DNA of 64,000 nt from Bacillus subtilis subsp. subtilis str. 168 (lineage in GTDB: Bacteria > Bacillota > Bacilli > Bacillales > Bacillaceae): contig NC_000964.3 in the NCBI RefSeq assembly GCF_000009045.1, forward strand, positions 2,356,001-2,420,000, written 5' to 3'. The notes under the pieces were generated by a model, which worked only from the letters and a program-made list of their open reading frames with translations, was not told the DNA's origin and did no database searches. Shown one piece after another: positions 10,347-21,655 of this stretch. A program made the translations under genes and the position numbers. Each line of letters starts with the position of its first letter. The stretch's first letter is position 1.

Positions 10347-11618
10347 TTATCTAGAAAATTCATCCTCGATTCGCAAAATCGTTTCTTCAAGCTCTTCATT
10401 GGCTCCGTCCATTTCAAGAACCTTTTTCAAAAGCGGCAGCGCTTCTTTTTGAAGACCTTCTTCTAATAGGAAGCTTGCGTATTCATATAAGAAATCTCTA
10501 TCCTCCCGGTAATGAAGATAGGCAGCCTCAAAGGATTGTTTTGCTTCCTCGTATTGCTCTAATTCAGTATATGCGCTTGCAAGATACCAATTGTATTTAG
10601 GATCTTCTTCACCGTAGCTTCGAACCTCTTGAATAAGATCAATGATCTGATCATAATCCTCTTCTTTGTGATACACGGCAAGAAGTGTATGAAGCGCCTC
10701 GACAAAGCCCGGATCAAGCGCAAGCGCCTCCTGAAGCAGCTTCTTCCCCTCTTCTGACTTCCCGATTTTCAAGGCCATTTTGGCGGCATAAAGGAAAAGT
10801 TCTTTGTTATATTCATCATATCTGATCCCCTCTTTTGCCGTTTTTAATGCCTCTTCATACATTCCTTCAGCTTCATAGCTTTTCGAGAGCGGCATATAAA
10901 GTGAAGTATAAGATGGATCAAGCTCCTTTAAATCAGACAGCTGCTTAATAGCTGTTTTCACAAGCCCCGCCTGTAAGGCTGTAAAACCATAGCCGAAAAT
11001 CGTATTAGGATCAGGATTCTCATCGACAGCTTTCTCATACCATGGAATGGCATCCTCAAATTCACCTGAGGCACTTAACGATTCTGCCAGTCTTTGATGG
11101 ACATTAACGCCCCCGATCTCACTCTGCTCCTCAGCCGTTGTTTTAAAATATTGAACCGCTTTTGCATAGGCTCCCTGAGCAAAGTAAAGTTCTCCCAGTG
11201 CAAAATCAATAACAGGTTCATTGTCCAGAATGGACTTTGCCTGGAAAAGCTTTTGTTCACTGACTTCGAATAACCCCTGCATCTGATAAAGATCCGCCAT
11301 AAGCAGCAAACTTTCCGGATATGATGGATCTGTTTCCGGAATAGTCTCCAGCACAGCGAGGGCTTTTTCTTCTTCGTCAATATCTATTAAAAGTTCAGCG
11401 TAGAAATTCGTCAGTTCTGTTTCATTTGGATATAAATCATGTAGATCACTAATCAGTGAAATGGCTTTTTCTACATCGCCCCACTCGTAATAAAGCTGGG
11501 CTGCAATGGCTTTATCTTCATCATGCAGCTGTTTTTCAGCCTTCGAGAGCGTGTTGAGGCCTTTTTCTGTTTCACCTGCTTCAACTAATTTTATGGCTTC
11601 TTGAATCAATGTATTCAA
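10347..11618 (-). CDS. ypiA: Tetratricopeptide-repeat protein
   Basis: Repeated TPR helices; TTG start after AAAGGA gives 423 aa. Confidence 0.88.
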   Translation of the reverse strand: MNTLIQEAIKLVEAGETEKGLNTLSKAEKQLHDEDKAIAAQLYYEWGDVEKAISLISDLHDLYPNETELTNFYAELLIDIDEEEKALAVLETIPETDPSYPESLLLMADLYQMQGLFEVSEQKLFQAKSILDNEPVIDFALGELYFAQGAYAKAVQYFKTTAEEQSEIGGVNVHQRLAESLSASGEFEDAIPWYEKAVDENPDPNTIFGYGFTALQAGLVKTAIKQLSDLKELDPSYTSLYMPLSKSYEAEGMYEEALKTAKEGIRYDEYNKELFLYAAKMALKIGKSEEGKKLLQEALALDPGFVEALHTLLAVYHKEEDYDQIIDLIQEVRSYGEEDPKYNWYLASAYTELEQYEEAKQSFEAAYLHYREDRDFLYEYASFLLEEGLQKEALPLLKKVLEMDGANEELEETILRIEDEFSR

Positions 11619-11691
11619 ATCGGACCGGTCCTTTCTTTTCCTATACAACATCAACCATACAAAAAAAGCTTTATTTGTTCGGGTTAATCTT

Positions 11692-11720
11692 ATCATAATT
11701 CAGACGAATGCCCCCGGCAA
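11692..11720 (-). promoter_or_regulatory. Sigma-A promoter of ypiA
   Basis: TTGCCG-N17-TATGAT. Confidence 0.6.
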
Positions 11721-11843
11721 ATAAGATGCTTCTGTACGGAAGGGAATTATTGAGTCTTATTAGTTTACCAAAAGATCTTGAGATAGAAAATGAAAAAAGG
11801 AAGATCGCCCTCTGTACAGTAAAGCAGCTCTTTGACCTGCCGG
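11714..11843. repeat. 130-bp imperfect inverted repeat (possible structured RNA)
   Basis: Left arm ccggcaaataagatgcttctgtacggaaggg; reverse complement of right arm ccggcaggtcaaagagctgctttactgtacagaggg. Confidence 0.7.
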
Positions 11844-11932
11844 CTTGTAAGTAAAGCACATCCCCCCTTTTCGTTTTTCTATCCGTTCTATAAGACAAGC
11901 TATGTTTTTTCGCCTCGAATTATGATCTGCAT

Positions 11933-11965
11933 AAAAAATCCTGAAGTAAAACTTCAGGATTTTTT
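11933..11965. terminator. Bidirectional terminator ending the aro-trp-his-tyr supraoperon; contains the aroE stop codon
   Basis: AAAAAATCCTGAAGT-AAA-ACTTCAGGATTTTTT perfect inverted repeat. Confidence 0.9.
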
Positions 11966-13240
11966 CGAAAGCTTATTTAAATGCTCGAAGAAGGTTGGAT
12001 AAGAAACGTGAATGGCATCCGTGTGCTCGATTTCAATCGGCTCCTCCGTTATACAGGAAGCAATACCAAGCATCATTCCGATTCGATGATCTCCGTGGCT
12101 GGACACTGCAGCGCCGCCTTTCAACGTTTGTTTGCCATAAACCTTCATTCCATCTGCTGTCGGTTCAATTTCAGCACCCAGCTTGCGAAGCTCAGAAACA
12201 ACAGTATCAATACGGTTTGTTTCTTTCACTTTTAGCTCTGCCGCGTCCTTAATAACGGTGGTTCCTTCCGCCTGAGTCGCAAGAAGCGCGATGATAGGGA
12301 TCTCATCAATTAAACGCGGAATGATATCTCCTCCGATTTCAACTGCCTTTAGAGATGACGTTTCTATAATCAAATCTCCATAAGGCTCTGCACCGCTATC
12401 AGCAGATGGTTTGATTTCAAGTTTTGCCCCCATGTTTTGAAGGACATCAATAATACCTGTCCGAGTCGGATTTAAACCTACGTTTTTCAATACAATTCTG
12501 CTGTTTGGAACCATCGCGCCAGCAGCAAGGAAAAACGCGGCTGAAGAAATGTCTCCAGGAACAAAAATATCAGCAGCTGTCAGTTTCTGGCCACCAGCAA
12601 TGGAAACACTCGTTTGATCTTCAGAAAGCTTAACGCCAAAAGCAGAAAGCATCCGCTCAGTGTGGTCCCGAGATTTATGGGGCTCTGTTACAGTTGTTGT
12701 GCCCTCAGCCTGTAATCCGGCCAGCAAAACAGCAGATTTAATTTGCGCGCTTGCAACAGGTGATACATAATCAATTCCTTTTAATGAAGCGCCGCTCACT
12801 GACAGCGGTGTAAACTCTCCGCCGGCTCTGCCGTCGATTTTAGCCCCCATTTTTTTCAAAGGCTCAGTCACACGCTTCATTGGGCGTTTCGCAATGCTCT
12901 CATCTCCGGCTACCGCGCTGTAAAAAGGACGGCCCGCCAATATTCCGAGCATCAGGCGAATCGTTGTACCTGAATTTCCGACATCTAAAAGGCTTTCTGG
13001 CTCTTTCAGGGCATCGATTCCTTTTCCGTGAATCACGACATCGCTGCTGCTTTGCTCAATGTGAACACCCATTTTTCTAAAGCAATCGATCGTGCTCAGA
13101 CAATCTGCTCCCGGCAGAAAGTTTTTAACTGTTGTTGTGCCTGCCGCTAGCGCGCCAAACATAACAGAGCGGTGAGAAATGGATTTATCACCGGGAATAT
13201 GTATTTCTCCATGTAAGGTCTGCACCTTATCTCGTTTCAT
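11954..13240 (-). CDS. aroE: EPSP synthase (aroA in other bacteria)
   Basis: [30 protein letters not shown]-like [14 protein letters not shown]; 428 aa from MKRDKV. Confidence 0.97.
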   Translation of the reverse strand: MKRDKVQTLHGEIHIPGDKSISHRSVMFGALAAGTTTVKNFLPGADCLSTIDCFRKMGVHIEQSSSDVVIHGKGIDALKEPESLLDVGNSGTTIRLMLGILAGRPFYSAVAGDESIAKRPMKRVTEPLKKMGAKIDGRAGGEFTPLSVSGASLKGIDYVSPVASAQIKSAVLLAGLQAEGTTTVTEPHKSRDHTERMLSAFGVKLSEDQTSVSIAGGQKLTAADIFVPGDISSAAFFLAAGAMVPNSRIVLKNVGLNPTRTGIIDVLQNMGAKLEIKPSADSGAEPYGDLIIETSSLKAVEIGGDIIPRLIDEIPIIALLATQAEGTTVIKDAAELKVKETNRIDTVVSELRKLGAEIEPTADGMKVYGKQTLKGGAAVSSHGDHRIGMMLGIASCITEEPIEIEHTDAIHVSYPTFFEHLNKLSKKS

Positions 13241-13250
13241 TTTTTCCACC

Positions 13251-14366
13251 TCAATCAGCATAAAAAGTTTCATATTCCGCCCGGGCTTCAATGCATTGTT
13301 CTGCCCTTTTGCGGTCGTCATCAGACTGAAAACTGATCCTTAAAATCCCGTTAATATCCTCTCGTGTTTCGATAATGCGGATATTCGTGATACTGATGCG
13401 CTCCGCAGCTAAGATCGCTGTTATCTCGGATATTACACCCGGATGATCGGGTACATCCACATATAAATCATAAAATGCAGGTATCGCTCCCTTCTGCCGA
13501 AGCGGCAGCCCGTCGCGATAATCCTTGGCTGTTTTAAAATAACGAAATAGATTTTCCGCATCTTCTTGTTCTACATATGTACGGATCTTGTCAATTTCAC
13601 GAATCCACTCATCAAAACGGTCTAAGATTTTATCTTTATTATGTAATAAAATATCCCGCCACATTGCCGGGCTGCTTGATGCAATCCTTGTAATATCTCT
13701 GAACCCGCCGGCAGCAAAACGCTTAACAAGCGGATACAGGTTTTCCGAATGATGGGTTTGGTGAACAAGGCTAGCTGCTACAATATGCGGAAAATGACTG
13801 ATTACGCTTGTAACGCCATCATGCTCCTCTGGCGACATTTCCACAAAATGGGCATTCGTCCCCTTCAGCAGGTTTTTTAACTGTTCCACAGCTTGTTTGT
13901 CCGTTTTCTGGCCTGGCGTTAAAATATAAAATGCATTTTCAAACAGGAACTCCTTCGCAGCGGCCACTCCTGATTTATGTGAACCCGCCATCGGATGCCC
14001 TCCGACAAATTGATAGCGGCTAGGCAGCACTTGATCAGCGTAATCAACCACTTTTTGCTTTGTGCTTCCTACATCCGTAATCAAAAGCTCATGTTCAATT
14101 CCTGAATGAGCCAGCTCTTCAAGCATAACCAGTGTTTGTTCAACAGGTGTCGCAATGATTACTGTAGCTGCCTCTTTCACACCGCTAATAAACGAATCAG
14201 CACGATCGTCTATCACGCCTAATTTTAATGCCGCTACCGCCTGTTCATCAGAGATGTCGATTCCGATAATCCGTTTGCCGGGATGATTTTTTTTGATGGC
14301 TAGGGCAATCGAACCGCCTATCAATCCGAGACCGGCGAGCAATATTGTATCTTTCATTTGATTCAT
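13251..14366 (-). CDS. tyrA: Prephenate dehydrogenase with C-terminal ACT domain
   Basis: [31 protein letters not shown]. Confidence 0.97.
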   Translation of the reverse strand: MNQMKDTILLAGLGLIGGSIALAIKKNHPGKRIIGIDISDEQAVAALKLGVIDDRADSFISGVKEAATVIIATPVEQTLVMLEELAHSGIEHELLITDVGSTKQKVVDYADQVLPSRYQFVGGHPMAGSHKSGVAAAKEFLFENAFYILTPGQKTDKQAVEQLKNLLKGTNAHFVEMSPEEHDGVTSVISHFPHIVAASLVHQTHHSENLYPLVKRFAAGGFRDITRIASSSPAMWRDILLHNKDKILDRFDEWIREIDKIRTYVEQEDAENLFRYFKTAKDYRDGLPLRQKGAIPAFYDLYVDVPDHPGVISEITAILAAERISITNIRIIETREDINGILRISFQSDDDRKRAEQCIEARAEYETFYAD

Positions 14367-14414
14367 ACGTCATCACCTGGTTTATAGACTAAAGAGGTGA
14401 TATTTGATCACCTC

Positions 14415-15497
14415 TTATAAAATTTCAGCTAAAATGGCAAGTATTTCTTCATTTTGCTCTTTTGTTCCGATCGTAATCCGGAGTGATGTCGGGAAACCTA
14501 ATGCGTTTCCTGACCGGACGATATAGCCTTTTTCCAGCAGAGCCTGAAACAGTTCATCAGCAGGACGTTTAAAGTCAATTAACACAAAATTTGTCTGTGA
14601 AGGGTAGCACTTTAAACCATGAGTTTTCGCAAAATCATAATACTGCTGAAGGCCTGCATTATTTTGCTCGACACAGGAAGCAATAAACGCTTGATCATCA
14701 AGTGCTGCAATCGCCGCAGCCTGGCCCAGACGGCTGGTATTAAACGGCTCTCTCGCCGGCTCAATCTGGCGAATCAGGTTCTCGTCAGCAATTCCGTATC
14801 CGACTCTGAGCGCTGCCAGACCGTATGCCTTTGAAAATGTGCGCAAAATCATCAAATTGGAATACTTGCTTAAGAGCGGCACGGTTTCCGGGTAATCCTC
14901 TGCTGTTACATATTCATAATATGCTTCGTCAAGAACGACAAGGACACGAGAAGGAACGCGCTCCAGAAATGCGAGTAATTCTCCTTCAGATGTATAAGTG
15001 CCAGTCGGATTATTCGGGCTGCATATCCAAACGACTTGTGTCTGTTCGTCGATGGCTTCTAACATGGCGTCTAAATCATGTGAGCCGTCGGGACGAAGTG
15101 CAATTTCACGTACTTCAGCACCTTCAATAACCGCATTATGTTTATATTGCGGAAAAGTGGGGGCAGCAGTAACCGTGTTTGTTTTATCGTTTAAAAATGC
15201 CCGGCAGATGATCTGTATGATTTCATCAGAACCGTTGCCGAAAATAAGTGATGTTTCGCTGACATTGAGGTGCTTACTGAGCCTTGTCCGCAAAGCGGCG
15301 CTATACCCGTCCGGGTAAAGGGCTAGCTGTTGAATCTCATGATGAAGCGCCTCTTTTGCAGCCTCTGAACAGCCGTAAGGATTCTCGTTTGAAGCAAGCT
15401 TCACAACTTTATCCAAGCCATATTCTGATTTCACTGCTTCAATCGGCTTTCCAGGCTGATAAGGCTTCAGCTGTTTTAAATGTTCTTTGATACGCAA
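14415..15497 (-). CDS. hisC: Histidinol-phosphate / aromatic aminotransferase
   Basis: [27 protein letters not shown]; TTG start after GAGGTG (360 aa). Confidence 0.96.
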   Translation of the reverse strand: MRIKEHLKQLKPYQPGKPIEAVKSEYGLDKVVKLASNENPYGCSEAAKEALHHEIQQLALYPDGYSAALRTRLSKHLNVSETSLIFGNGSDEIIQIICRAFLNDKTNTVTAAPTFPQYKHNAVIEGAEVREIALRPDGSHDLDAMLEAIDEQTQVVWICSPNNPTGTYTSEGELLAFLERVPSRVLVVLDEAYYEYVTAEDYPETVPLLSKYSNLMILRTFSKAYGLAALRVGYGIADENLIRQIEPAREPFNTSRLGQAAAIAALDDQAFIASCVEQNNAGLQQYYDFAKTHGLKCYPSQTNFVLIDFKRPADELFQALLEKGYIVRSGNALGFPTSLRITIGTKEQNEEILAILAEIL

Positions 15498-15507
15498 ATC
15501 AGTCACC

Positions 15508-16311
15508 TCATTTTAAACTGTACAAGCCGCTAAACGCCATTGCATAATCCTCAAACTCCTGCAGCGCCTGATTTCTCGTTTCAGCGCTGATGAGCCGGTC
15601 CTTTAATTCTTCTATTTTTCTGACGAGCGCACTTCCCACTACGACACCGTCACTAATTTCATTCATCTTTATGACCTGTTCACGGTTTGATATACCGAAC
15701 CCTACAGCAACCGGAACAGTGCTGAGATTCTTCACAGTACGAATGAACGGGTACACGGATGAATTGAACTCATTGCGGACACCGGTCACACCCAGAGAAG
15801 ATACACAGTAGACGAACCCCTCGGCTTGTTCAATAATGGTTTTCAAACGGCTTTCGCTTGTCGGCGCAACTAAAGAAATATACGTCACCTCATGGCTTTT
15901 ACATTCCTCTTGAAGGCTGTTGCTTTCTTCTAATGGCAGATCCGGAACAAGCAGACCGTCAATATGATTTTCCCGCAGTAAAGCGAAAAAGTATTCTTTG
16001 TTCAATTGTAACACAGGATTATAATACGTAAAGAGGATAATCGGAATATTCACTCCGTTTTTTTTCATTTCTCCGCCTAATTCGATTGCCTTTACGATAT
16101 TCATTCCTTGATCAAGCGCCCGCTTTGAAGCCCGCTGGATCACCGGACCGTCTGCAAGCGGGTCAGAGTATGCAACACCAAGCTCCAATGCTGTGGCGCC
16201 TGCTTTTTGGAGTGACTTCGCCAGTTCAATCGAAACCTCAGGAACTGGATCGCCCGCCGTAATAAACGGGATAAACAATTTTTCTGATGGTTGAAGATCC
16301 AATTTAAACAT
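15508..16311 (-). CDS. trpA: Tryptophan synthase alpha chain
   Basis: [34 protein letters not shown]. Confidence 0.98.
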   Translation of the reverse strand: MFKLDLQPSEKLFIPFITAGDPVPEVSIELAKSLQKAGATALELGVAYSDPLADGPVIQRASKRALDQGMNIVKAIELGGEMKKNGVNIPIILFTYYNPVLQLNKEYFFALLRENHIDGLLVPDLPLEESNSLQEECKSHEVTYISLVAPTSESRLKTIIEQAEGFVYCVSSLGVTGVRNEFNSSVYPFIRTVKNLSTVPVAVGFGISNREQVIKMNEISDGVVVGSALVRKIEELKDRLISAETRNQALQEFEDYAMAFSGLYSLK

Positions 16312-17506
16312 GGGCTTTCACCTCTTCTTCCAATACATTCATTAATGTGTTGACATCCTTGTCTCCCCGGCCTGATAAACAGACGAGAATGAGTTGACCG
16401 CGATCCATTCCTTTGGCGAGTTTGAATGCTTTCGCTAACGCATGGGCAGATTCGATTGCCGGCAAAATCCCCTCTTTTTCTGACAAAAGCTTTAATGCAT
16501 CCACCGCTTCTTCATCGGTTATACTGTCATAAGTGACACGGCCGCTTTTATGCAAATATGCATGCTCCGGACCGATTCCAGGATAGTCGAGACCGGCTGA
16601 AATAGAGTAGGGCTCAATAATTTGCCCGAACTCATCCTGAATGAGATAAGTCAATGAACCGTGAATAACCCCTACGGTTCCTTTCGAAATAGTGGCGGCA
16701 TGAAGAGGTGTATCAATTCCTTTTCCTGCTGCTTCAGCGCCGATCAGTTCAACATCTTCATTTAAAAATGCCTGAAACATACCCATCGCATTGCTTCCTC
16801 CGCCTACACATGCCACTACTTTATCAGGCATAGTGCCTTCAATACGTTTCAACTGATCCTTCGCTTCCTCTCCGATCATTTTTTGAAATTCACGGACCAC
16901 TTGCGGATAAGGATGCGGGCCGACAACTGATCCAATCATATAAAAGTGATCCTCACAATGCTGAACCCAGTACCGGATCGCCTCATTTGTGGCATCCTTC
17001 AATGTTCCGTTTCCGCTTGTTACAGGCACTACCTCCGCTCCAAGAAGCTTCATGCGGAAAACGTTCAGAGACTGGCGGGCAACATCCTCTTCACCCATAA
17101 ACACAGTACAGGAAAAGCCGAATTTGGCTGCAACTGTTGCAGCGGCAACACCATGCTGGCCGGCACCGGTTTCAGCAATGATTTTCGTTTTGCCCATTTT
17201 TTTAGCAAGCAGCGCTTGACCTAGCGCATTATTGATTTTATGAGAACCTGTATGGTTTAAATCTTCTCGTTTCAAATAGATTTTCGCGCCGCCTAAGTAT
17301 TCAGTGACTCGATCAGCGTATGTTAATGCAGTCGGGCGTCCGGAATAGTCCTTTAACAGCTTATAATACTCTTCACGAAAAGCGGGATCATCCTTGATTT
17401 GTTTAAATGCTGTTTGTATTTCATCTAACGGCTGCATGAGTGTTTCCGGAACAAACTTTCCGCCAAAATCACCGTATCTGCCTATTTCATTCGGATATGG
17501 ATACAT
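16304..17506 (-). CDS. trpB: Tryptophan synthase beta chain
   Basis: [30 protein letters not shown]. Confidence 0.98.
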   Translation of the reverse strand: MYPYPNEIGRYGDFGGKFVPETLMQPLDEIQTAFKQIKDDPAFREEYYKLLKDYSGRPTALTYADRVTEYLGGAKIYLKREDLNHTGSHKINNALGQALLAKKMGKTKIIAETGAGQHGVAAATVAAKFGFSCTVFMGEEDVARQSLNVFRMKLLGAEVVPVTSGNGTLKDATNEAIRYWVQHCEDHFYMIGSVVGPHPYPQVVREFQKMIGEEAKDQLKRIEGTMPDKVVACVGGGSNAMGMFQAFLNEDVELIGAEAAGKGIDTPLHAATISKGTVGVIHGSLTYLIQDEFGQIIEPYSISAGLDYPGIGPEHAYLHKSGRVTYDSITDEEAVDALKLLSEKEGILPAIESAHALAKAFKLAKGMDRGQLILVCLSGRGDKDVNTLMNVLEEEVKAHV

Positions 17507-18134
17507 ATCGGTTCATCCTTTCTTCTAAAAGCCTCATCAGATTCTGATCTTTTTGTCCGTTTTTTTCAATTCCGCTGGCAAGGTCAATTCCTTCTGGCTG
17601 CCATTTCAATAGGCGTGTGATGCTATCCGGATTCACGCCGCCAGCGATAAAGCAGCGTTTACCAATAGCCGCCTGCTGATATTCCGGCACACATTCCCAA
17701 GAAAATGCAACACCAGTTCCGCCTCTAGACCCTTTTACAGATGAATCAATCACAAAGCCGTCAACATTATCTTTAAAGCGGGCTATTTCTTGAGTTGTGT
17801 TATCTTGATGGTGAAGCGCCTTCCATATTTCACAGCCTGTCAGCTTGCGAAGAGCAGCAGCATCCGCCGGTTTTTCATCACCGTGAAGCTGAATGACGTC
17901 GAGCTTCAAGCTCTTGGCAATACGTGACATCGTCTCTATTGATTCATTAACAAAAACACCTGCAACCTGTTTTTCGACACGAACTTGGTTCAGCCATTTT
18001 TTCACATCTTCCGGAGATACTTTTCGTTTGCTTTCAGCAAAAATAAATCCTAGGTAATCAGCCTGTGATTCCGCCGCAAGCTGCAAATCCTTTAGTGACC
18101 GAATACCGCAATATTTTAATGCCGGTTTCTTCAC
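17487..18134 (-). CDS. trpF: Phosphoribosylanthranilate isomerase
   Basis: KYCGI, QLHGDE, GGTG, IAGG; GTG start (215 aa). Confidence 0.96.
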   Translation of the reverse strand: MKKPALKYCGIRSLKDLQLAAESQADYLGFIFAESKRKVSPEDVKKWLNQVRVEKQVAGVFVNESIETMSRIAKSLKLDVIQLHGDEKPADAAALRKLTGCEIWKALHHQDNTTQEIARFKDNVDGFVIDSSVKGSRGGTGVAFSWECVPEYQQAAIGKRCFIAGGVNPDSITRLLKWQPEGIDLASGIEKNGQKDQNLMRLLEERMNRYVSISE

Positions 18135-18138
18135 AACC

Positions 18139-18888
18139 TCACTCCCTAAACAAAGCATGGATTGCTTTACGCTGAGAAGTTTGTCTCATCAATGATTCAC
18201 CGATAAGTACAGCTCGCGCCCCATGTTCATTGACAAATGTTAAATGTTCTAAAGAACCGATTCCGCTTTCGCTGACAAGCAAGGATTCTTTCGGAACGAG
18301 AGATGCGATTTGTTCTGTCTGCTTTACAGATGTTTCAAACGTTTTTAGGTTTCGATTATTTACGCCGAGAATGTCGGGTGTGAACACTTTCAATATTTGT
18401 TCTAGCGTTGATGCATCATGAACCTCCACTAACACGTCCATCCCCTTTTCACCTGCTTCAAGATATAATTCATGAAGGTGTAAGGGATCAAGCACCTCGC
18501 CGATTAACAATATGGCATCCGCTCCGATTCTTCTTGATTCCTCTACTTGAAGAGAATCAATAAAATCTTTTCTAAGTACAGGAATCGAAACAGCACGCTT
18601 TACGTCTGATAAATAGCTGTTTTCCCCTTGAAAAAACGGGGTGTCTGTTAAAACGGAAATCGCATCTGCCTTCGCAGCCTCATAGTCTTTTGCAATCTGC
18701 ACAGGTACAAAATCCTCTTTAATAAGCCCTTTTGACGGCGATGCTTTCTTCACTTCGGCAATCAACCCGATAAACCGATTCGGGCTTGCCAGCGCCTCCT
18801 TAAATGAACGTTTCTCGAAAGGCTGCTCTACCGGCAGAACCAGTGTTTTCACTTCTTCTTTCTTTTGTTTGATGATTTTTTCAAGCAT
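18139..18888 (-). CDS. trpC: Indole-3-glycerol-phosphate synthase, trpC2 allele (one Ile codon deleted, inactive)
   Basis: [24 protein letters not shown]; motif reads LRKDFID rather than LRKDFIID; 249 aa. Confidence 0.95.
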
Positions 18889-19897
18889 AGATCTCTTCCT
18901 CTTTCTGCTTTAGTCGTTCAAGCTGCGCGGCAGCGCCTCCGCTTGTAATCGTCTCTAACGCCAGCTCCGTTCCTTCCTTCAGTGAGGCGGTAATTCCCGC
19001 CGTGTAAATCGCAGCACCCGCATTAAAAGCCGTAATAGATAAAGCGGAACTGCTGCTTTTATTTTCAAAAATATTCTGAATGAGATAAGCGCTCTCTTTC
19101 GGAGACTGCACCTGTAAATCTTCAAGTCTGCCATTTGTGAAACCGAAATCTTCGGGTGAAACGGTATACTCCCGGCGCTCTCCGTCCTTTAATTCAATCA
19201 CGTCGGTCGGTGCTGTAATTGAAAGCTCATCTAAACCGTCACGGCTTGATACAAACATAACGTGCTTCGGCTGAAACGTCTCCAGTGCGCTTGCCATCAG
19301 TCCAGCTTTTTCAACAGAATAGACCCCAATCACCTGACGCTTCGCCTGTAAAGGATTGCTGAGCGGCCCAAGCAGATTAAATACCGTTCTGAAACCTAGC
19401 TCTTTTCTAGTACCTGCTACATGTTTCATAGACGAATGGTAAAGCGGCGCAAAAAGAAATCCCATGTTGTTTGTTTCAATGCTGCTTTTGACCTTTTCGG
19501 GAGTGGTTTGAATAGAAACCTCTAGCTCCTCTAAAACATCAGCGCTTCCGCTTTTAGAAGAGACAGAGCGATTGCCATGCTTAGCGATTTTCGCACCAGC
19601 TGCCGAGGCAACAATTGCCGAGGCCGTTGAGATATTAAAAGTGGAAATACCGTCTCCCCCTGTTCCGCATGTATCAACAATATCAGGAAGTCCATCGACT
19701 GTAAGAGCGTGTGCCCGCATTGCCTTCACAAAACCCGCAAGCTCTTCTGGCGTCTCCCCCCGATGAGCAAGAATTGACAATATCCCCCCCATTTCAGAAG
19801 GAGTCATTTCCGCTGCCATCATCATATTCATCAGCGTTTCAGCCTCACCGGCAGTAAGGGTTTTTCCGTCAACGCACAATTGTAGAAATCTGTTCAT
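18881..19897 (-). CDS. trpD: Anthranilate phosphoribosyltransferase
   Basis: [24 protein letters not shown]; 338 aa from MNRFLQ. Confidence 0.97.
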
Positions 19898-21416
19898 CAG
19901 CTTTATCCTCCTTGCTATGAAACATGTCTTCTGCAATATGAATCGTTTTCAGCAGCGCACCGGCTTTATTACAGCTTTCTTCGTATTCGGCTTCCGGAAC
20001 AGAATCAGCAACAATGCCAGCACCTGCCTGTATCGATGCAACACCGTTCTTTACACTCATCGTGCGAATCGTAATACAAGAGTCGATATTCCCGTCAAAC
20101 CCAATGTAGGCAATACACCCTCCGTATGTCTCTCTCGGTGTTGGCTCGAGTTCTTGCAAAAGCTGCATGGCACGGATTTTGGGTGCGCCTGTTAAAGTCC
20201 CCGCCGGGAAAGCAGACATCAGTGCATCGACAGGATGAACCCCTTTTTTCAATCGGCCTGTAACCACCGAGATAATGTGCATGACATGTGAAAAGGAAAC
20301 AATTTTTGTGAACTCCGGCACAGAAACAGAACCATACTCTGCTACTCTGCCGATATCGTTTCGGGCAAGATCAACGAGCATGTAATGCTCCGCTTTTTCT
20401 TTTTCATCCTTCATGAGCTCAACCTTCAGTCTCTCATCTTCAGCTTTGTCTGCACCGCGTTTTCTCGTACCGGCAATCGGATGGATTTCTAAGTGCCCGT
20501 CTTGAACGTGTATTAACCGTTCCGGAGAGCTGCCGACTATTTCTCTGTCTAGCAGTTTCATATAATACATATACGGCGAAGGATTGACGATCCTAAGCAC
20601 TCGGTATAACTCAAAAGCATCTGCTTTTATCGGCACCTCAAATTTTTGTGATAAAACACCCTGGAAGATATCGCCTGCTTTTATATAGCTTTTGATTTTT
20701 TCTACATCAGCCATAAAAGCCGATTTTTCATAATTAGAAGATACTGTCTCAAAGCTGGGTGTCTTGTATGAATCAGCAGAAAGAAACAGCTCTTTTATGT
20801 TTTTTTGGTCCATCATTTTTTCAATGAGATTTTGAAGCTCCAGATGATTTTGATGGAATACATCCATTTTTTCGTTTTTTGTTTCCTCTCCAGTGAGCCT
20901 TGCATATTGGATAAAGTGGACGTTTTTGGTTTCATGATCATACGCAATTAATGTCCGGCAAACAAACAGCATACACTTTTCCATGTCTGTTTCTTTGGTA
21001 TGCGAAGGAACAGAAGGCTCAATCAGCGGGATCATATCATAGCTTAAGTACCCGACAGCTCCGCCGACAAAAGGAATGCCAAGCTCAGGTGTTTTGATTT
21101 TGTATGTGGTATTCATCCAGTTCAGCACTTCTTTTAGTTCATTTCCTGTGTAAAGAGATTTGCTGTCCTGATCAGCGGCCGAAAAACGGCCCTGCTCTTC
21201 TTTAATTGTGAGAAATGGATTCAGGCCGATAAACGAATATCTGGACCAAGTGGATGTATCGTCCTTGCTTTCAAGAAGATACGTAATCTCCCTGTCAAGC
21301 TTCTCTATCATTTGAATGGGTGTCAGTGTATCGACTGTGAAGGTCTCCACAATCGGTATCGTGTGGTGGGACAAGCTGTCCTCTAAAAATGCGGAAATGT
21401 TTGATTGGAAATTCAT
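19869..21416 (-). CDS. trpE: Anthranilate synthase component I
   Basis: EHYMLVDLARND, FPAGTLTGAPK; ATG at +204 of the leader (515 aa). Confidence 0.97.
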   Translation of the reverse strand: MNFQSNISAFLEDSLSHHTIPIVETFTVDTLTPIQMIEKLDREITYLLESKDDTSTWSRYSFIGLNPFLTIKEEQGRFSAADQDSKSLYTGNELKEVLNWMNTTYKIKTPELGIPFVGGAVGYLSYDMIPLIEPSVPSHTKETDMEKCMLFVCRTLIAYDHETKNVHFIQYARLTGEETKNEKMDVFHQNHLELQNLIEKMMDQKNIKELFLSADSYKTPSFETVSSNYEKSAFMADVEKIKSYIKAGDIFQGVLSQKFEVPIKADAFELYRVLRIVNPSPYMYYMKLLDREIVGSSPERLIHVQDGHLEIHPIAGTRKRGADKAEDERLKVELMKDEKEKAEHYMLVDLARNDIGRVAEYGSVSVPEFTKIVSFSHVMHIISVVTGRLKKGVHPVDALMSAFPAGTLTGAPKIRAMQLLQELEPTPRETYGGCIAYIGFDGNIDSCITIRTMSVKNGVASIQAGAGIVADSVPEAEYEESCNKAGALLKTIHIAEDMFHSKEDKADEQISTIVR

Positions 21417-21420
21417 TGCT

Positions 21421-21447
21421 CTCACTCCTTATGGCAAGGAGAATGAG
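21421..21447 (-). promoter_or_regulatory. trpE SD-sequestering hairpin (TRAP-dependent translational control)
   Basis: CTCA(TT)CTCCTT-GCCAT-AAGGAGTGAG pairs with the SD. Confidence 0.85.
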
Positions 21448-21479
21448 AAGATGGCATGAGAGGATAAAATACTATATAA

Positions 21480-21512
21480 CAAATAAACCCAAAAGAAAGA
21501 CTTCTTTTGGGT
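21480..21512 (-). terminator. trp attenuator terminator
   Basis: ACCCAAAAGAA-GTCT-TTCTTTTGGGT followed by TTATTT. Confidence 0.92.
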
Positions 21513-21528
21513 AGAATAAACATAATGT

Positions 21529-21584
21529 CTCAGCTCAACTAAACTCATTCTCTGCTACCCTATTCTCTAACTCAACTCATTCTA
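21529..21584 (-). promoter_or_regulatory. TRAP binding site: 11 (G/U)AG repeats in the trp leader
   Basis: TAGAATGAGTTGAGTTAGAGAATAGGGTAGCAGAGAATGAGTTTAGTTGAGCTGAG. Confidence 0.97.
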
Positions 21585-21625
21585 ATTGCTTTATACACAC
21601 TCTTGTGTATTTCTAAGCTGTTCTT

Positions 21626-21655
21626 ATCGTATTACAATTCAGTATTTTTTGTCAA
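21626..21655 (-). promoter_or_regulatory. trp operon sigma-A promoter (overlaps the aroH 3' end)
   Basis: TTGACA-N18-TACGAT; inferred +1 at 21619 places the trpE ATG at +204. Confidence 0.9.

Noticed and set aside
11671-11898. 75-aa minus-strand ORF in the aroE-ypiA gap
   Set aside because: The G-rich SD-like run is only 0-2 nt from ATG/GTG, there is no good upstream promoter, and it runs through the ypiA promoter.
21529-21584. Short periodic repeats as a possible CRISPR or microsatellite
   Set aside because: These are TRAP triplets; there are no repeat-spacer units or cas genes.
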